NCBI GenBank assembly: GCA_040755215.1 | Contig: JBFMBG010000002.1 | Coordinates: 16,974-80,973 of the forward strand | Reading direction: 5' to 3' | Length of the DNA: 64,000 nucleotides | From: Bacillota bacterium | GTDB lineage: Bacteria > Bacillota > Desulfotomaculia > Desulfotomaculales > Nap2-2B | Shown here: piece after piece, positions 1 to 8,264 of the stretch | How positions within the stretch are numbered: position 1 is the first letter of the stretch | How the letters are laid out: each line of letters begins with the position of its first letter | The notes under the pieces: generated by a model | The model's database searches: none | What the model was told of the DNA's origin: nothing | The model's input: the letters and a program-made list of their open reading frames with translations, nothing else | Position numbers and translations under genes: made by a program

Positions 1-121
1 CCGGAACGCCGGGTACGAACCGGGAAAAGAAGTGGAACTGGCTTTTGACGCGGACGGAAATCTGGTCCCCTGCTGGGAATAAAAATCCCTGATTCCTGTT
101 TTCTAAAGGAGCAAGTCTAAG

Positions 122-1531
122 ATGGCGTTAATTCAAAAACTGGCCGCCGTAGTCGGCCAACAAAATGTTTTCAGCGCCCCCGAGGCGCGTTACGCCTACA
201 GTTACGACGCCACCTTCCGGCGCCGCCAGCCGGATGTGGTGGTGCGGCCGGCGAACATGGAAGAGGTTGCGGGCGTCCTGCGCCTGGCCTGGGAGACCCA
301 AACCCCGGTGGTGCCGCGGGGGGCGGGGACGGGCCTCTCCGGCGGGTCGGTGCCGGTGCAGGGGGGTATTGTGCTGGATCTTACCCGGATGAACCGCATC
401 CTGGAGATCAACACCGCCGATTTGCTGGCCGTAGTGGAGCCGGGGGTGGTAACGGACGATTTTGCCCGGGCCGTGGCTGAAAAAGGCTTTTTCTTCCCGC
501 CGGACCCCTCCAGCAGCAAATCCTCCACCATCGGCGGCAACCTGGCTGAAAATGCCGGCGGCAGCCGGGCCTTCAAATACGGCGTAATCAGGGACTACAC
601 CCTTGGGCTGGAGGTCGTTTTGGCCGACGGACGGGTCATCCGCACCGGAGGGCGAACGATCAAAAATGTTTCCGGTTACGACCTGACGCGCCTGTTCGTC
701 GGCTCCGAGGGAACGCTCGGGGTAATCACGCAGGCCATCTTGAGGTTCATCCCCCCGCCCGAGGCAACCCGAACCCTGCTCACCTTCTTCCCCCGCCTGG
801 ACGACGCGGCCCGTACCGTCAGCGCTATCATCGCCCGGGGAATTACGCCCGCCGCCCTGGAGTTCATGGACGACCAGAGCATCCGGGTGGTGGAGGAATA
901 TTTGCACCTGGGTCTGCCCCTGGACGTGGAGGCGTTGCTCCTGGTCGAGGTCGACGGGCCGGCCGCCGTGCTGGCGCAGCAAATCGCCGAAATCGCCGCC
1001 CTGTGCCGGGAAATGGGCTCCCGGGAAGTGCAGGTGGCCAGTACGGCCAAAGAAGCTGAAAACCTGTGGAGGGCGCGCAAGGCCATTTCCCCGGCGGTGG
1101 CCCGGATTAAACCCACCAAAATCTCCGAGGATGCCACCGTGCCGCGCAGCCGGATCCCCGAAATGGTCAGGCACCTGAAAGAAATCGCCGCCAAATACGA
1201 TTTACAGATCGTGATTTTCGGCCACGCCGGGGACGGCAACCTCCACCCAAACATCATGTGCGACGAGCAGGACGTCGGCGAAATGCGGCGGGTGGAACAG
1301 GCGGTGGCCGAGATTTTCCAGGCCGCCCTGGAACTGGGCGGAACCCTGTCGGGCGAACACGGCATCGGCTTTCTGAAGGCGCCCTTTATGCCCTGGGAAC
1401 ACGGCGAAAACGGGCTTTGGGCCATGCGGTCAATCAAGCAGGCCCTGGATCCCAGGGGAATCCTGAACCCGGGGAAAATCTTTCCGCCGACCCAACAAGT
1501 TAATAATAAGGTGCCAGGCACCGACTATTAA
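122..1531 (+). CDS. glcD: FAD-linked oxidase, GlcD-like flavoprotein subunit (glycolate/D-lactate oxidase family)
   Basis: 469-aa ORF with an AAGGAG SD upstream. PRGAGTGLSGG FAD-binding segment and C-terminal GHAGDGNLHPN and GEHGIG motifs are typical of GlcD/D-LDH flavoenzymes. Its Fe-S partner follows. Confidence 0.8.
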   Translation: MALIQKLAAVVGQQNVFSAPEARYAYSYDATFRRRQPDVVVRPANMEEVAGVLRLAWETQTPVVPRGAGTGLSGGSVPVQGGIVLDLTRMNRILEINTADLLAVVEPGVVTDDFARAVAEKGFFFPPDPSSSKSSTIGGNLAENAGGSRAFKYGVIRDYTLGLEVVLADGRVIRTGGRTIKNVSGYDLTRLFVGSEGTLGVITQAILRFIPPPEATRTLLTFFPRLDDAARTVSAIIARGITPAALEFMDDQSIRVVEEYLHLGLPLDVEALLLVEVDGPAAVLAQQIAEIAALCREMGSREVQVASTAKEAENLWRARKAISPAVARIKPTKISEDATVPRSRIPEMVRHLKEIAAKYDLQIVIFGHAGDGNLHPNIMCDEQDVGEMRRVEQAVAEIFQAALELGGTLSGEHGIGFLKAPFMPWEHGENGLWAMRSIKQALDPRGILNPGKIFPPTQQVNNKVPGTDY

Positions 1532-1571
1532 CTTTTTTGAGGAAGGAGCTATACTGATTAAGAAAGGTGTT

Positions 1572-2873
1572 TTGGACCCGCTGCCGGAAGAGCTCTATTT
1601 GCGGTGTGTCCACTGCGGGATGTGCGTGCGGAACTGCCCGACCTTTCAGGAAACCGGACTGGAAATGGATTCGCCCCGGGGACGGGTTCAGTTATTGCGG
1701 GGCCTTAGCCGGGGTGAACTGGCCGCCACCCCGGGCCTTTTCCGGACGGCCTGGGACTGCCTGGACTGCCGGGCCTGCGAGGCGGCCTGCCCGTCGGGGG
1801 TGCGCCCGGGGCTGCTGGTGGAGGAAGCGCGGGACCGCCTGAAGAGGTTTGAGAAGCGGCGCGGCGTGGGGATCTTTCTCCAGGAACTGGCCATGCGCTT
1901 TCTTTTCCCTTACCCCGGGCGACTGGAACTGGCGGGGCGGCTCTTGCGCTTTTACCAGCGCTCCGGCCTGCGGACCGCGGTCCGGCGGCTGGGCGTCCTG
2001 AGGCTTTTTCCGCCCGCCGTCCGGGAGATGGAACGCATTCTGCCGGAGATCCCGGCCAGAACAGCCAGGGCAATCCTGGCCGACGCAAAGGCAAATGGGG
2101 AAGGCGAAAAACACGGGAAAAGGGCGGGGGATGGGCGCACCGCCGGCCTTTTTTTGGGCTGCGTGACGGACGTCTTTTTTGCCGGCATAAACCTGGCCAC
2201 GACCCGAATTTTAGAACGCCACGGCTTTCGGGTGGCGGCCCCGGCCGGCCAGTGCTGCTGCGGCGCCCTGCACCTGCACAACGGCAGCCGCGAGCAGGCC
2301 AAACAGCTGGCCCGCCGGAATATCGACGCCTTCTTAGCAGCCGGGGTGGACCATGTGGTCACCAACGCCGGCGGCTGCGGAGCGGCTCTTCTGGAGTACC
2401 CGGAGCTTCTCGCCGGCCACCCCGTTTACGCGGACAGGGCGCGGGAATTTTCCCGGAAGGTGATCGACATCGCCCAGCTTCTGGACCAAACCGGTTTTCT
2501 CCCGCCGCGGGGCTCTTTCCCCCGCCGGGTTACTTACCAGGCCTCCTGCCACCTGAAAAACGTCATGGGGGTCGCCGACGCCCCCAAGCGCCTGCTCCGG
2601 CAGGTGCCGGAACTAACGCTGCTGGCGATGCCCGACGAAGCCCGCTGCTGCGGCAGCGCCGGCATCTACAACCTCACCCACCCGGAAATGGCCGAGGCCC
2701 TTTTGCGCCGCAAGATGGCCGACCTCCCGCCAGGCACGGAAGTAGTCGCCACCGGTAACCCCGGCTGCCTGGTGCAGCTCATGCACGGGGCGGAAAAATA
2801 CGGCCCGCCCGTGCAGGTCAAACACGTGGTCGAAATCCTGGATGAGGCCTACGCGGCGGGTGAGCGCAAATAA
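1572..2873 (+). CDS. glcF: Fe-S oxidoreductase, GlcF-like subunit
   Basis: 433-aa ORF (TTG start per ORF track). Two ferredoxin-type CxxCxxCxxxCP motifs (CVHCGMCVRNCP, CLDCRACEAACP) are followed by two Cys-rich CCG-type halves (CCGALH, CCGSAG). Confidence 0.75.
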   Translation: MDPLPEELYLRCVHCGMCVRNCPTFQETGLEMDSPRGRVQLLRGLSRGELAATPGLFRTAWDCLDCRACEAACPSGVRPGLLVEEARDRLKRFEKRRGVGIFLQELAMRFLFPYPGRLELAGRLLRFYQRSGLRTAVRRLGVLRLFPPAVREMERILPEIPARTARAILADAKANGEGEKHGKRAGDGRTAGLFLGCVTDVFFAGINLATTRILERHGFRVAAPAGQCCCGALHLHNGSREQAKQLARRNIDAFLAAGVDHVVTNAGGCGAALLEYPELLAGHPVYADRAREFSRKVIDIAQLLDQTGFLPPRGSFPRRVTYQASCHLKNVMGVADAPKRLLRQVPELTLLAMPDEARCCGSAGIYNLTHPEMAEALLRRKMADLPPGTEVVATGNPGCLVQLMHGAEKYGPPVQVKHVVEILDEAYAAGERK

Positions 2874-2879
2874 ATCGCG

Positions 2880-3308
2880 CTAACTTAATTCAAGTATGCG
2901 GAGAAATTCGGCGGGCGTGATAATTTTTATCCCTTGATACTTATTTAATTCCAAGAGATGCTTGTTTCCGCTGACGATATAATCTGCTTCCGATTCGACG
3001 GCGGCAGCAATGAACATGTCGTCATCCGGATCGGCGCTCGTTATTTTAACTTCCCTTTCCCCGGGAACAACTGTAGCCAGGCGCTTCAGACCGGCAATAA
3101 ATTTACCTGGTAAATTCTCCTCGAGATGGTGGAAATAACGCTTGATTTTTTCCCTGTGGAGGACCTCATTAATTTCGTCGATTATTTTTGGAGATAACAC
3201 CAGCTCGAACTTCCCCGTCCGCCAGGCGGCAAGTAGTTTGGCCGGCGCTCCGCGAGGACTAATCAAGCCGGAAATCAAAACATTGGTATCGAGGACCGCC
3301 TTTTTCAT
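2880..3308 (-). CDS. PIN-domain toxin (type II TA)
   Basis: The ORF track extends to 3392. I trimmed to the internal ATG (MKKAVLDTNVLISG...), which makes an ATGA overlap with the upstream antitoxin stop. The DTNVL and DPDDDMFIAAA acidic motifs fit PIN nucleases. Confidence 0.7.
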   Translation of the reverse strand: MKKAVLDTNVLISGLISPRGAPAKLLAAWRTGKFELVLSPKIIDEINEVLHREKIKRYFHHLEENLPGKFIAGLKRLATVVPGEREVKITSADPDDDMFIAAAVESEADYIVSGNKHLLELNKYQGIKIITPAEFLRILELS

Positions 3309-3604
3309 GATTTTTTCCGGCGAACTTCTTGAACTGCTTCCAGAACGTCCTTTTCTGCCTGTTCCTGATCCGCGTCCTGATTGGCCTCCCAAACCTCACC
3401 AATTAAATTAAAAAACTCCTCCCTTTCTTTCTGCCATTTTTGATACTCACTGATGGGGACAATAGCCGCCATCGGCTTTCCCCGCCGGGCAATGATAAAT
3501 TGATTTCCGCTGTAATAGGCTTCTTCAATAATTTGACCCAGCTTATCCCTCGCTTCCATGGGACTGATTACCCTTTCCAAATAAAACACCTCCAAATTTG
3601 GCAA
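3305..3604 (-). CDS. Phd/YefM-type antitoxin
   Basis: 99-aa ORF (TTG start; alternative starts at 3580 or 3559). ISPMEARDKLGQIIEE...IIARRGKPMAAIVPISEYQ matches the Phd/YefM N-domain pattern. There is a 4-nt overlap with the PIN gene. Confidence 0.65.
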   Translation of the reverse strand: MPNLEVFYLERVISPMEARDKLGQIIEEAYYSGNQFIIARRGKPMAAIVPISEYQKWQKEREEFFNLIGEVWEANQDADQEQAEKDVLEAVQEVRRKKS

Positions 3605-3788
3605 TTAAGGTACTTTCCCAAGTACGAATATATTAGCATATTGCCATGGTAATGTCAAAGTAAATTACATTTTCCATGACTGAATTGCTCCGGGCCGGCA
3701 GGAATTCCTTTCTCCGGAGCGAATTTTTGTTTAAAATGACCATGGAAAAAGCCGGGATTACCAGCCAGGCAGATAAGAGGGTCCGTTT

Positions 3789-6700
3789 ATGAGCGTAGAA
3801 ATTGAAAAAATTGCCTCGGAACAGGCTGCCGTGGTCGCCAAGGAGTTGCGGCAGGCAGCAAACCGCGGCGGAACGGAGGCGGATTTCCGACGGGAAGCCG
3901 CCCGGATTATGGAAGCGGCGGGCAGCGCAGCCGGCCTGACGATCGTTCCCCGGGACGAATTTTCCGTGGCCCGGGGTCGGGTGGATTCGGTTTATAACCG
4001 ACTTATCCTGGAATATAAAAAACCGGGCATCCTTAAACCCACAAATAAGGGACATGCCAACCAGGAAGCGATCCGGCAGGTTAAAAATTACATCCTCGAC
4101 GTAGCCGTAAGGGAACGCCGGGAAGCCCATCGTCTTTCCGGAGTGGTCACGGACGGCTTCCATTTCATTTTTGTCCGTCGCGTTGGTGAAGGATGGTCTA
4201 TCGATGACCCGGCCCCCGTCACCCCGGCCACAACGGAGCGTTTTCTACGCCTTCTCTTTTCGCTTTCCGCCGGAGCGGCACTCATCCCCGAAAATTTGAT
4301 CGAAGACTTTGGACCGCGTACACTACGTGCCCAACGGGCGGTGCGAACGCTTTACACCGCTCTTCATACCAGCAAACATCCCCTGGTGGCCAAGCTCTTT
4401 GAGCAATGGCGGCTCTTTTTTAGCGAAGCGACTGATTACAAAGAATGGGCTGAACGGATCGAAAACAAAGAAGAATTCCGTAACTTTGTCACAGGAATGG
4501 GAATCAGTCTGGAACTGCACGATCTTGAATACGAAATATCGGGAAGAAGGACCGAGGCGAGAACGCACCGCGATCCCCATTTAGCTGCCAGGGTCTTCTT
4601 CGCTCTACATACCTACTACGCGCTGCTCATCAAACTGGTGGCTTCTCTTGCGGCAGCCCGGTTCGCCGGGAACTCCTCCGCTCCCCTGGCAAACTTCCCA
4701 GTTAAAGAAGGGGATGCCTTGCGGAGAACTTTCATGGAACTGGAAAGGGGAGGTCTCTTTAGAGAATACGGAATTCGAAATTTCCTGGAGGGCGACTTTT
4801 TCGGATGGTACCTTGCCGCCTGGAACGAAGACATTGAAGAAGCAACCGGCCAGCTGGTCCAGCGCCTGGCCGAATACGATCCGGGCGCCCTGGAACTGGC
4901 CCCGGAAAACGCCCGCGACCTTTTAAAGAAGCTTTACCACTATCTTTTGCCCCGGGAGATCCGCCACGACCTCGGCGAATATTACACCCCGGACTGGTTG
5001 GCCGAGCGCCTCGTCCGGCAAACCCTCGGGCAGGCCGACCTCGGAAACGCGACCAGGCGCGTGCTCGATCCTTCTTGCGGGTCAGGTACTTTTCTGGTCA
5101 TCCTTATCAAACATATCCGCGACCGGGCAGCGCGCAAAAATCAGAACCCTTCGGAAACATTGGAACTCATTCTGAGAAACGTTGTCGGGATCGACCTGAA
5201 CCCTCTGGCGGTAATCGCTGCCCGCACAAATTATCTCCTGGCCCTGGGCGACTTGTTAAAACACAGAAAAGGTGAAATCGATATCCCCGTTTACCAGGCG
5301 GACTCAATTCTTACCCCTTCGCAGGGGACAGGCTTGTTCGACGGCGACGTTTACCCCTTAAAAACATCCGCTGGCGTTTTTCGCATCCCCGCCGTTTTTG
5401 CCGACCAGGAACGGATGGACTATCTAAGCAACGTTCTCGACGAAGCCGTCGAGGCGGGGATCGGGGAAGGCGCCTTTCTTGCCCGCCTGACAAAAGCAGC
5501 CCGGCTGGAGCCGGAGGAACTGTCGGCCGCCGAGAACGAACTGAAGGCTCTCTACCGGCAACTCCGGGAACTGCACGAACAGGGCTTAAACGGCGTCTGG
5601 GCCCGGATCATCAAAAATGCTTTTGCGCCGCTTTTCCTTGAGCCTTGTCACTATATTGTCGGCAATCCCCCTTGGGTAAATTGGGAACACTTGCCGGATG
5701 AATACCGGCAGCAAACCAAGCCTTTATGGGAGCACTACGGTCTTTTCCCCCACGGCGGGATGGACACCATCCTCGGAAAAGGAAAGAAAGACATCTCCAT
5801 GCTGATGACCTACGTGGCGGCGGACCGCTACTTGCGGCGGGGCGGCAAGCTGGGTTTCGTCCTTTCCCAAAGCCTTTTTAAAACTTCCGGGGCCGGGCAG
5901 GGTTTCCGGCGCTTTCTTTTGCCCGATAAAACCCCCTTTGGCCCCCTGGCGGTGGAGGACATGGTGGAGCTGAAGCCCTTTGAAGGAGCGACGAACCGCA
6001 CCGCCGTGGCCGTTTTTGCCAAGGGCCACCCGGTGCGCTACCCGGTATCTTACCAGTACTGGAAAAAGAGAAGCGAAGGCCGGGGGAGCGCCATCGGTTT
6101 CGATACACCGTACGAGGAAGTGACTACGGAAAAGGTTACCTTTCGCAAGTGGTTCGCCGAACCGGTGGACAGGGCGGAAGAGACCTCGGCCTGGATCACG
6201 GCCAGGGAACTGGCCCTGCGCGCCCTGCATAAAGTATTAGGCCGCTCTTTTTATTCTGCCCACGAAGGGGCAAATACAGGCGGCGCCAACGGGGTTTACT
6301 GGGTGGAAATTACGGGGCTCAGGCCCGGCGGCCTGGCCATCATCGCCAACATCACGGAAGGGGCCAGGCGGCAAATCCCCCCTACCCAGGCCGCGGTCGA
6401 ACTCGACCTCCTCTACCCCCTGCTGCGCGGCCGCGACGTCCGCCGCTGGCAGGCCGCCCCGTCGGCGCACATTTTGATGACGCAGGATCCTAATACTCGC
6501 ACGGGCATAAATGAAGAGATCATGAAACAGCAATACTTCAAAACTTATACATACCTGAAAAAGTTTGAACCCCTTCTTCGATCAAGAAAAACTCAGGCGG
6601 TCCGTCACTTAATCGAACGTGGACCATTTTATTCGATATTTGGGGTTAGTCATTATACCTTTTCCCCTTGGAAGGTCGTCTGGCGCGAGGTAGCCAATGA

Positions 6701-7109
6701 ATTAGACGCCGCGGTAGCTGGCCAGATGCCCGCCGGCGACCGCCTCAAACCGGTAATTCCGGACCATACCTGTATTCTCGTCGAATGTAAAACGCAGCAA
6801 GAGGCGCATTATCTTTGCGCCGCCATCAATTCCAGCCCGGCCCGGCTGGCCGTCCGCAATTACATTGTGCTTCATCCCGATCCCCACGTTTTAAACAACC
6901 TGAACATTCCTCGTTTTACCGCCGGGGACGAGCGGCACCGGACGCTGGCCGCCCTTTCCCGGGCGGCGCACGAAGCGGCCGCCAAAGGAGAGGCCGGGGA
7001 AATAAAGCGGATTGAAGACGAGATCGACCGGTGGGCCGCCCGGCTGTGGGGCCTGACCGGCGAGGAGCTGGCCGAAATCAAGCAATCGCTGGAGGAAAGC
7101 CTGAAATGA
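3789..7109 (+). CDS. MmeI-like (type IIL/IIG) single-chain restriction-modification enzyme, N6-adenine MTase core
   Basis: 1106 aa. The N-terminal GRVDSVYNRLILEYKK gives D66-X8-E75-X-K77, a PD-ExK-like motif. MTase motifs: YYTPDW, LDPSCGSGTFLV (motif I), GIDLNPLAV, VGNPPWVNW (motif IV, gamma class). The long C-terminal TRD ends in LWGLTGEELAEI, as in Eco57I/MmeI/PglX-family enzymes. Confidence 0.8.
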   Translation: MSVEIEKIASEQAAVVAKELRQAANRGGTEADFRREAARIMEAAGSAAGLTIVPRDEFSVARGRVDSVYNRLILEYKKPGILKPTNKGHANQEAIRQVKNYILDVAVRERREAHRLSGVVTDGFHFIFVRRVGEGWSIDDPAPVTPATTERFLRLLFSLSAGAALIPENLIEDFGPRTLRAQRAVRTLYTALHTSKHPLVAKLFEQWRLFFSEATDYKEWAERIENKEEFRNFVTGMGISLELHDLEYEISGRRTEARTHRDPHLAARVFFALHTYYALLIKLVASLAAARFAGNSSAPLANFPVKEGDALRRTFMELERGGLFREYGIRNFLEGDFFGWYLAAWNEDIEEATGQLVQRLAEYDPGALELAPENARDLLKKLYHYLLPREIRHDLGEYYTPDWLAERLVRQTLGQADLGNATRRVLDPSCGSGTFLVILIKHIRDRAARKNQNPSETLELILRNVVGIDLNPLAVIAARTNYLLALGDLLKHRKGEIDIPVYQADSILTPSQGTGLFDGDVYPLKTSAGVFRIPAVFADQERMDYLSNVLDEAVEAGIGEGAFLARLTKAARLEPEELSAAENELKALYRQLRELHEQGLNGVWARIIKNAFAPLFLEPCHYIVGNPPWVNWEHLPDEYRQQTKPLWEHYGLFPHGGMDTILGKGKKDISMLMTYVAADRYLRRGGKLGFVLSQSLFKTSGAGQGFRRFLLPDKTPFGPLAVEDMVELKPFEGATNRTAVAVFAKGHPVRYPVSYQYWKKRSEGRGSAIGFDTPYEEVTTEKVTFRKWFAEPVDRAEETSAWITARELALRALHKVLGRSFYSAHEGANTGGANGVYWVEITGLRPGGLAIIANITEGARRQIPPTQAAVELDLLYPLLRGRDVRRWQAAPSAHILMTQDPNTRTGINEEIMKQQYFKTYTYLKKFEPLLRSRKTQAVRHLIERGPFYSIFGVSHYTFSPWKVVWREVANELDAAVAGQMPAGDRLKPVIPDHTCILVECKTQQEAHYLCAAINSSPARLAVRNYIVLHPDPHVLNNLNIPRFTAGDERHRTLAALSRAAHEAAAKGEAGEIKRIEDEIDRWAARLWGLTGEELAEIKQSLEESLK

Positions 7110-8236
7110 GGAACCCTTTTGCCGGCCTCCAGCCGGCCCTCGCGGTGATCTGCCGGGAAGGCAAGGTTCTCCCGGCCACCGGGCAGGCGATGGAGGATCT
7201 GATGCGGCCGGATCACGAAGAGGTCATTGACCGTCTTCGCACGGGCGACGAAAAAGTTTTGGACGTCCTCGCGGAAGCACCAAACCGCCGGCCCTGCGTG
7301 GAGTTGACGCCCCTTCACCGGACCAGGCGGCACCTGTTCCGTTATTTCCTGGACGGGTCGGCCCGGACCTTTTTCCTGGGCGACGTGGTGGAAGGCAACC
7401 GGCGCAGCCCGGTCCACGTTGCCCAAATTGGAGCGGCGGCGGTCTTCCGGAAGGACAACGGACAGATCAATGTGGCCAGGGTAAAACACCGGATCGTGCT
7501 CATGATGGACAAAAATGCCGTCTCCTTCGGAGAAAAGGTCCAGGAACTGGTGCAAAGGGCCGGGCCCGGGTACGCCTTCCACGATACCATGGAAGAAGAC
7601 GGAGAAACGGAGCAGACCGCTCCGGGAAAAGAGCCCCGTTCCCGGGCGGCACATAAAGCACACCATCTGATGGCCAAACTCGAAGACGAACTCGGCCGCA
7701 GCCTGGAGCGCCCGGACGGGCACTGGCTGGTCCTGGACGGCAGCCTGGGCAAGGATTTGCACGCCTGGAAAAATGTCCGGCATTTTCTGGGCGTAACCAA
7801 GTCTTTCAGCCGCGAACCGGTCTTTAAGCTTCCCGGCGCCCGGGGAGGAAAAATAGTCAATCTTTACGAACTCCTGGCCGGACTCCCGTTTGCAGCGAGA
7901 ACCTGCGCCTACGCAACCCGTGCCGGCAAGGCCGCCTTCTGGTACGTCCGGATCAGAGAGCAAAGACACCTGGATTATCCACTGATGGGGGCGGTGAAGG
8001 TGGAACTCCCCAACCCGGCAGGCGAGGCGGTACCTTCCTCCCTCATCGACGAAATTTCGGCGGCGCTCGTCGCGGAACGCCAGGCAACGCCGCACGGCCG
8101 GGACAGCCGCTGGCACGCCCACCTTTATCCCGTCTATCTGGCGGAACAGGCGGTAAAAAACGGTTTTGTTACCCGGGATGTCCTGAAGGCGGGACTGAAG
8201 TGGCCGGTTGCCGCCGGCGGCCCTGCCTCACTTTGA
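7106..8236 (+). CDS. NurA-like nuclease (RNase H-fold) candidate
   Basis: The ORF track starts at 7031. I chose the ATG at 7106, which overlaps the upstream stop (ATGA). Motif order is FLDGS, KLEDEL, LVLDGSL, HLYPVYLAEQA, as in NurA-domain proteins. It sits immediately upstream of a HerA-like ATPase. Confidence 0.55.
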   Translation: MRNPFAGLQPALAVICREGKVLPATGQAMEDLMRPDHEEVIDRLRTGDEKVLDVLAEAPNRRPCVELTPLHRTRRHLFRYFLDGSARTFFLGDVVEGNRRSPVHVAQIGAAAVFRKDNGQINVARVKHRIVLMMDKNAVSFGEKVQELVQRAGPGYAFHDTMEEDGETEQTAPGKEPRSRAAHKAHHLMAKLEDELGRSLERPDGHWLVLDGSLGKDLHAWKNVRHFLGVTKSFSREPVFKLPGARGGKIVNLYELLAGLPFAARTCAYATRAGKAAFWYVRIREQRHLDYPLMGAVKVELPNPAGEAVPSSLIDEISAALVAERQATPHGRDSRWHAHLYPVYLAEQAVKNGFVTRDVLKAGLKWPVAAGGPASL

Positions 8237-8264
8237 TTGATCGCAAAGGAGGTTCACAGCAGCT

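Noticed and set aside
2-82. Possible 3' end of a plus-strand gene at the window edge (…LAFDADGNLVPCWE stop).
   Set aside because: Only 26 codons are visible and no motif is present, so it cannot be supported.
6872-8122. Long antisense or overlapping ORFs throughout the GC-rich parts. Examples are 128-1174(-), 6872-8122(-), 8169-8843(-), 13241-14005(+), 17937-18941(+), 22507-23463(+), 34378-35340(+), 36381-37133(+), 43299-43859(+), 48367-48924(+) and 53595-54335(+).
   Set aside because: Each lies opposite or out of frame to an ORF with clear family motifs. Their translations are Arg/Pro/Gly-rich low-complexity sequence, typical of shadow ORFs in GC-rich DNA, and none has a convincing SD or start context.
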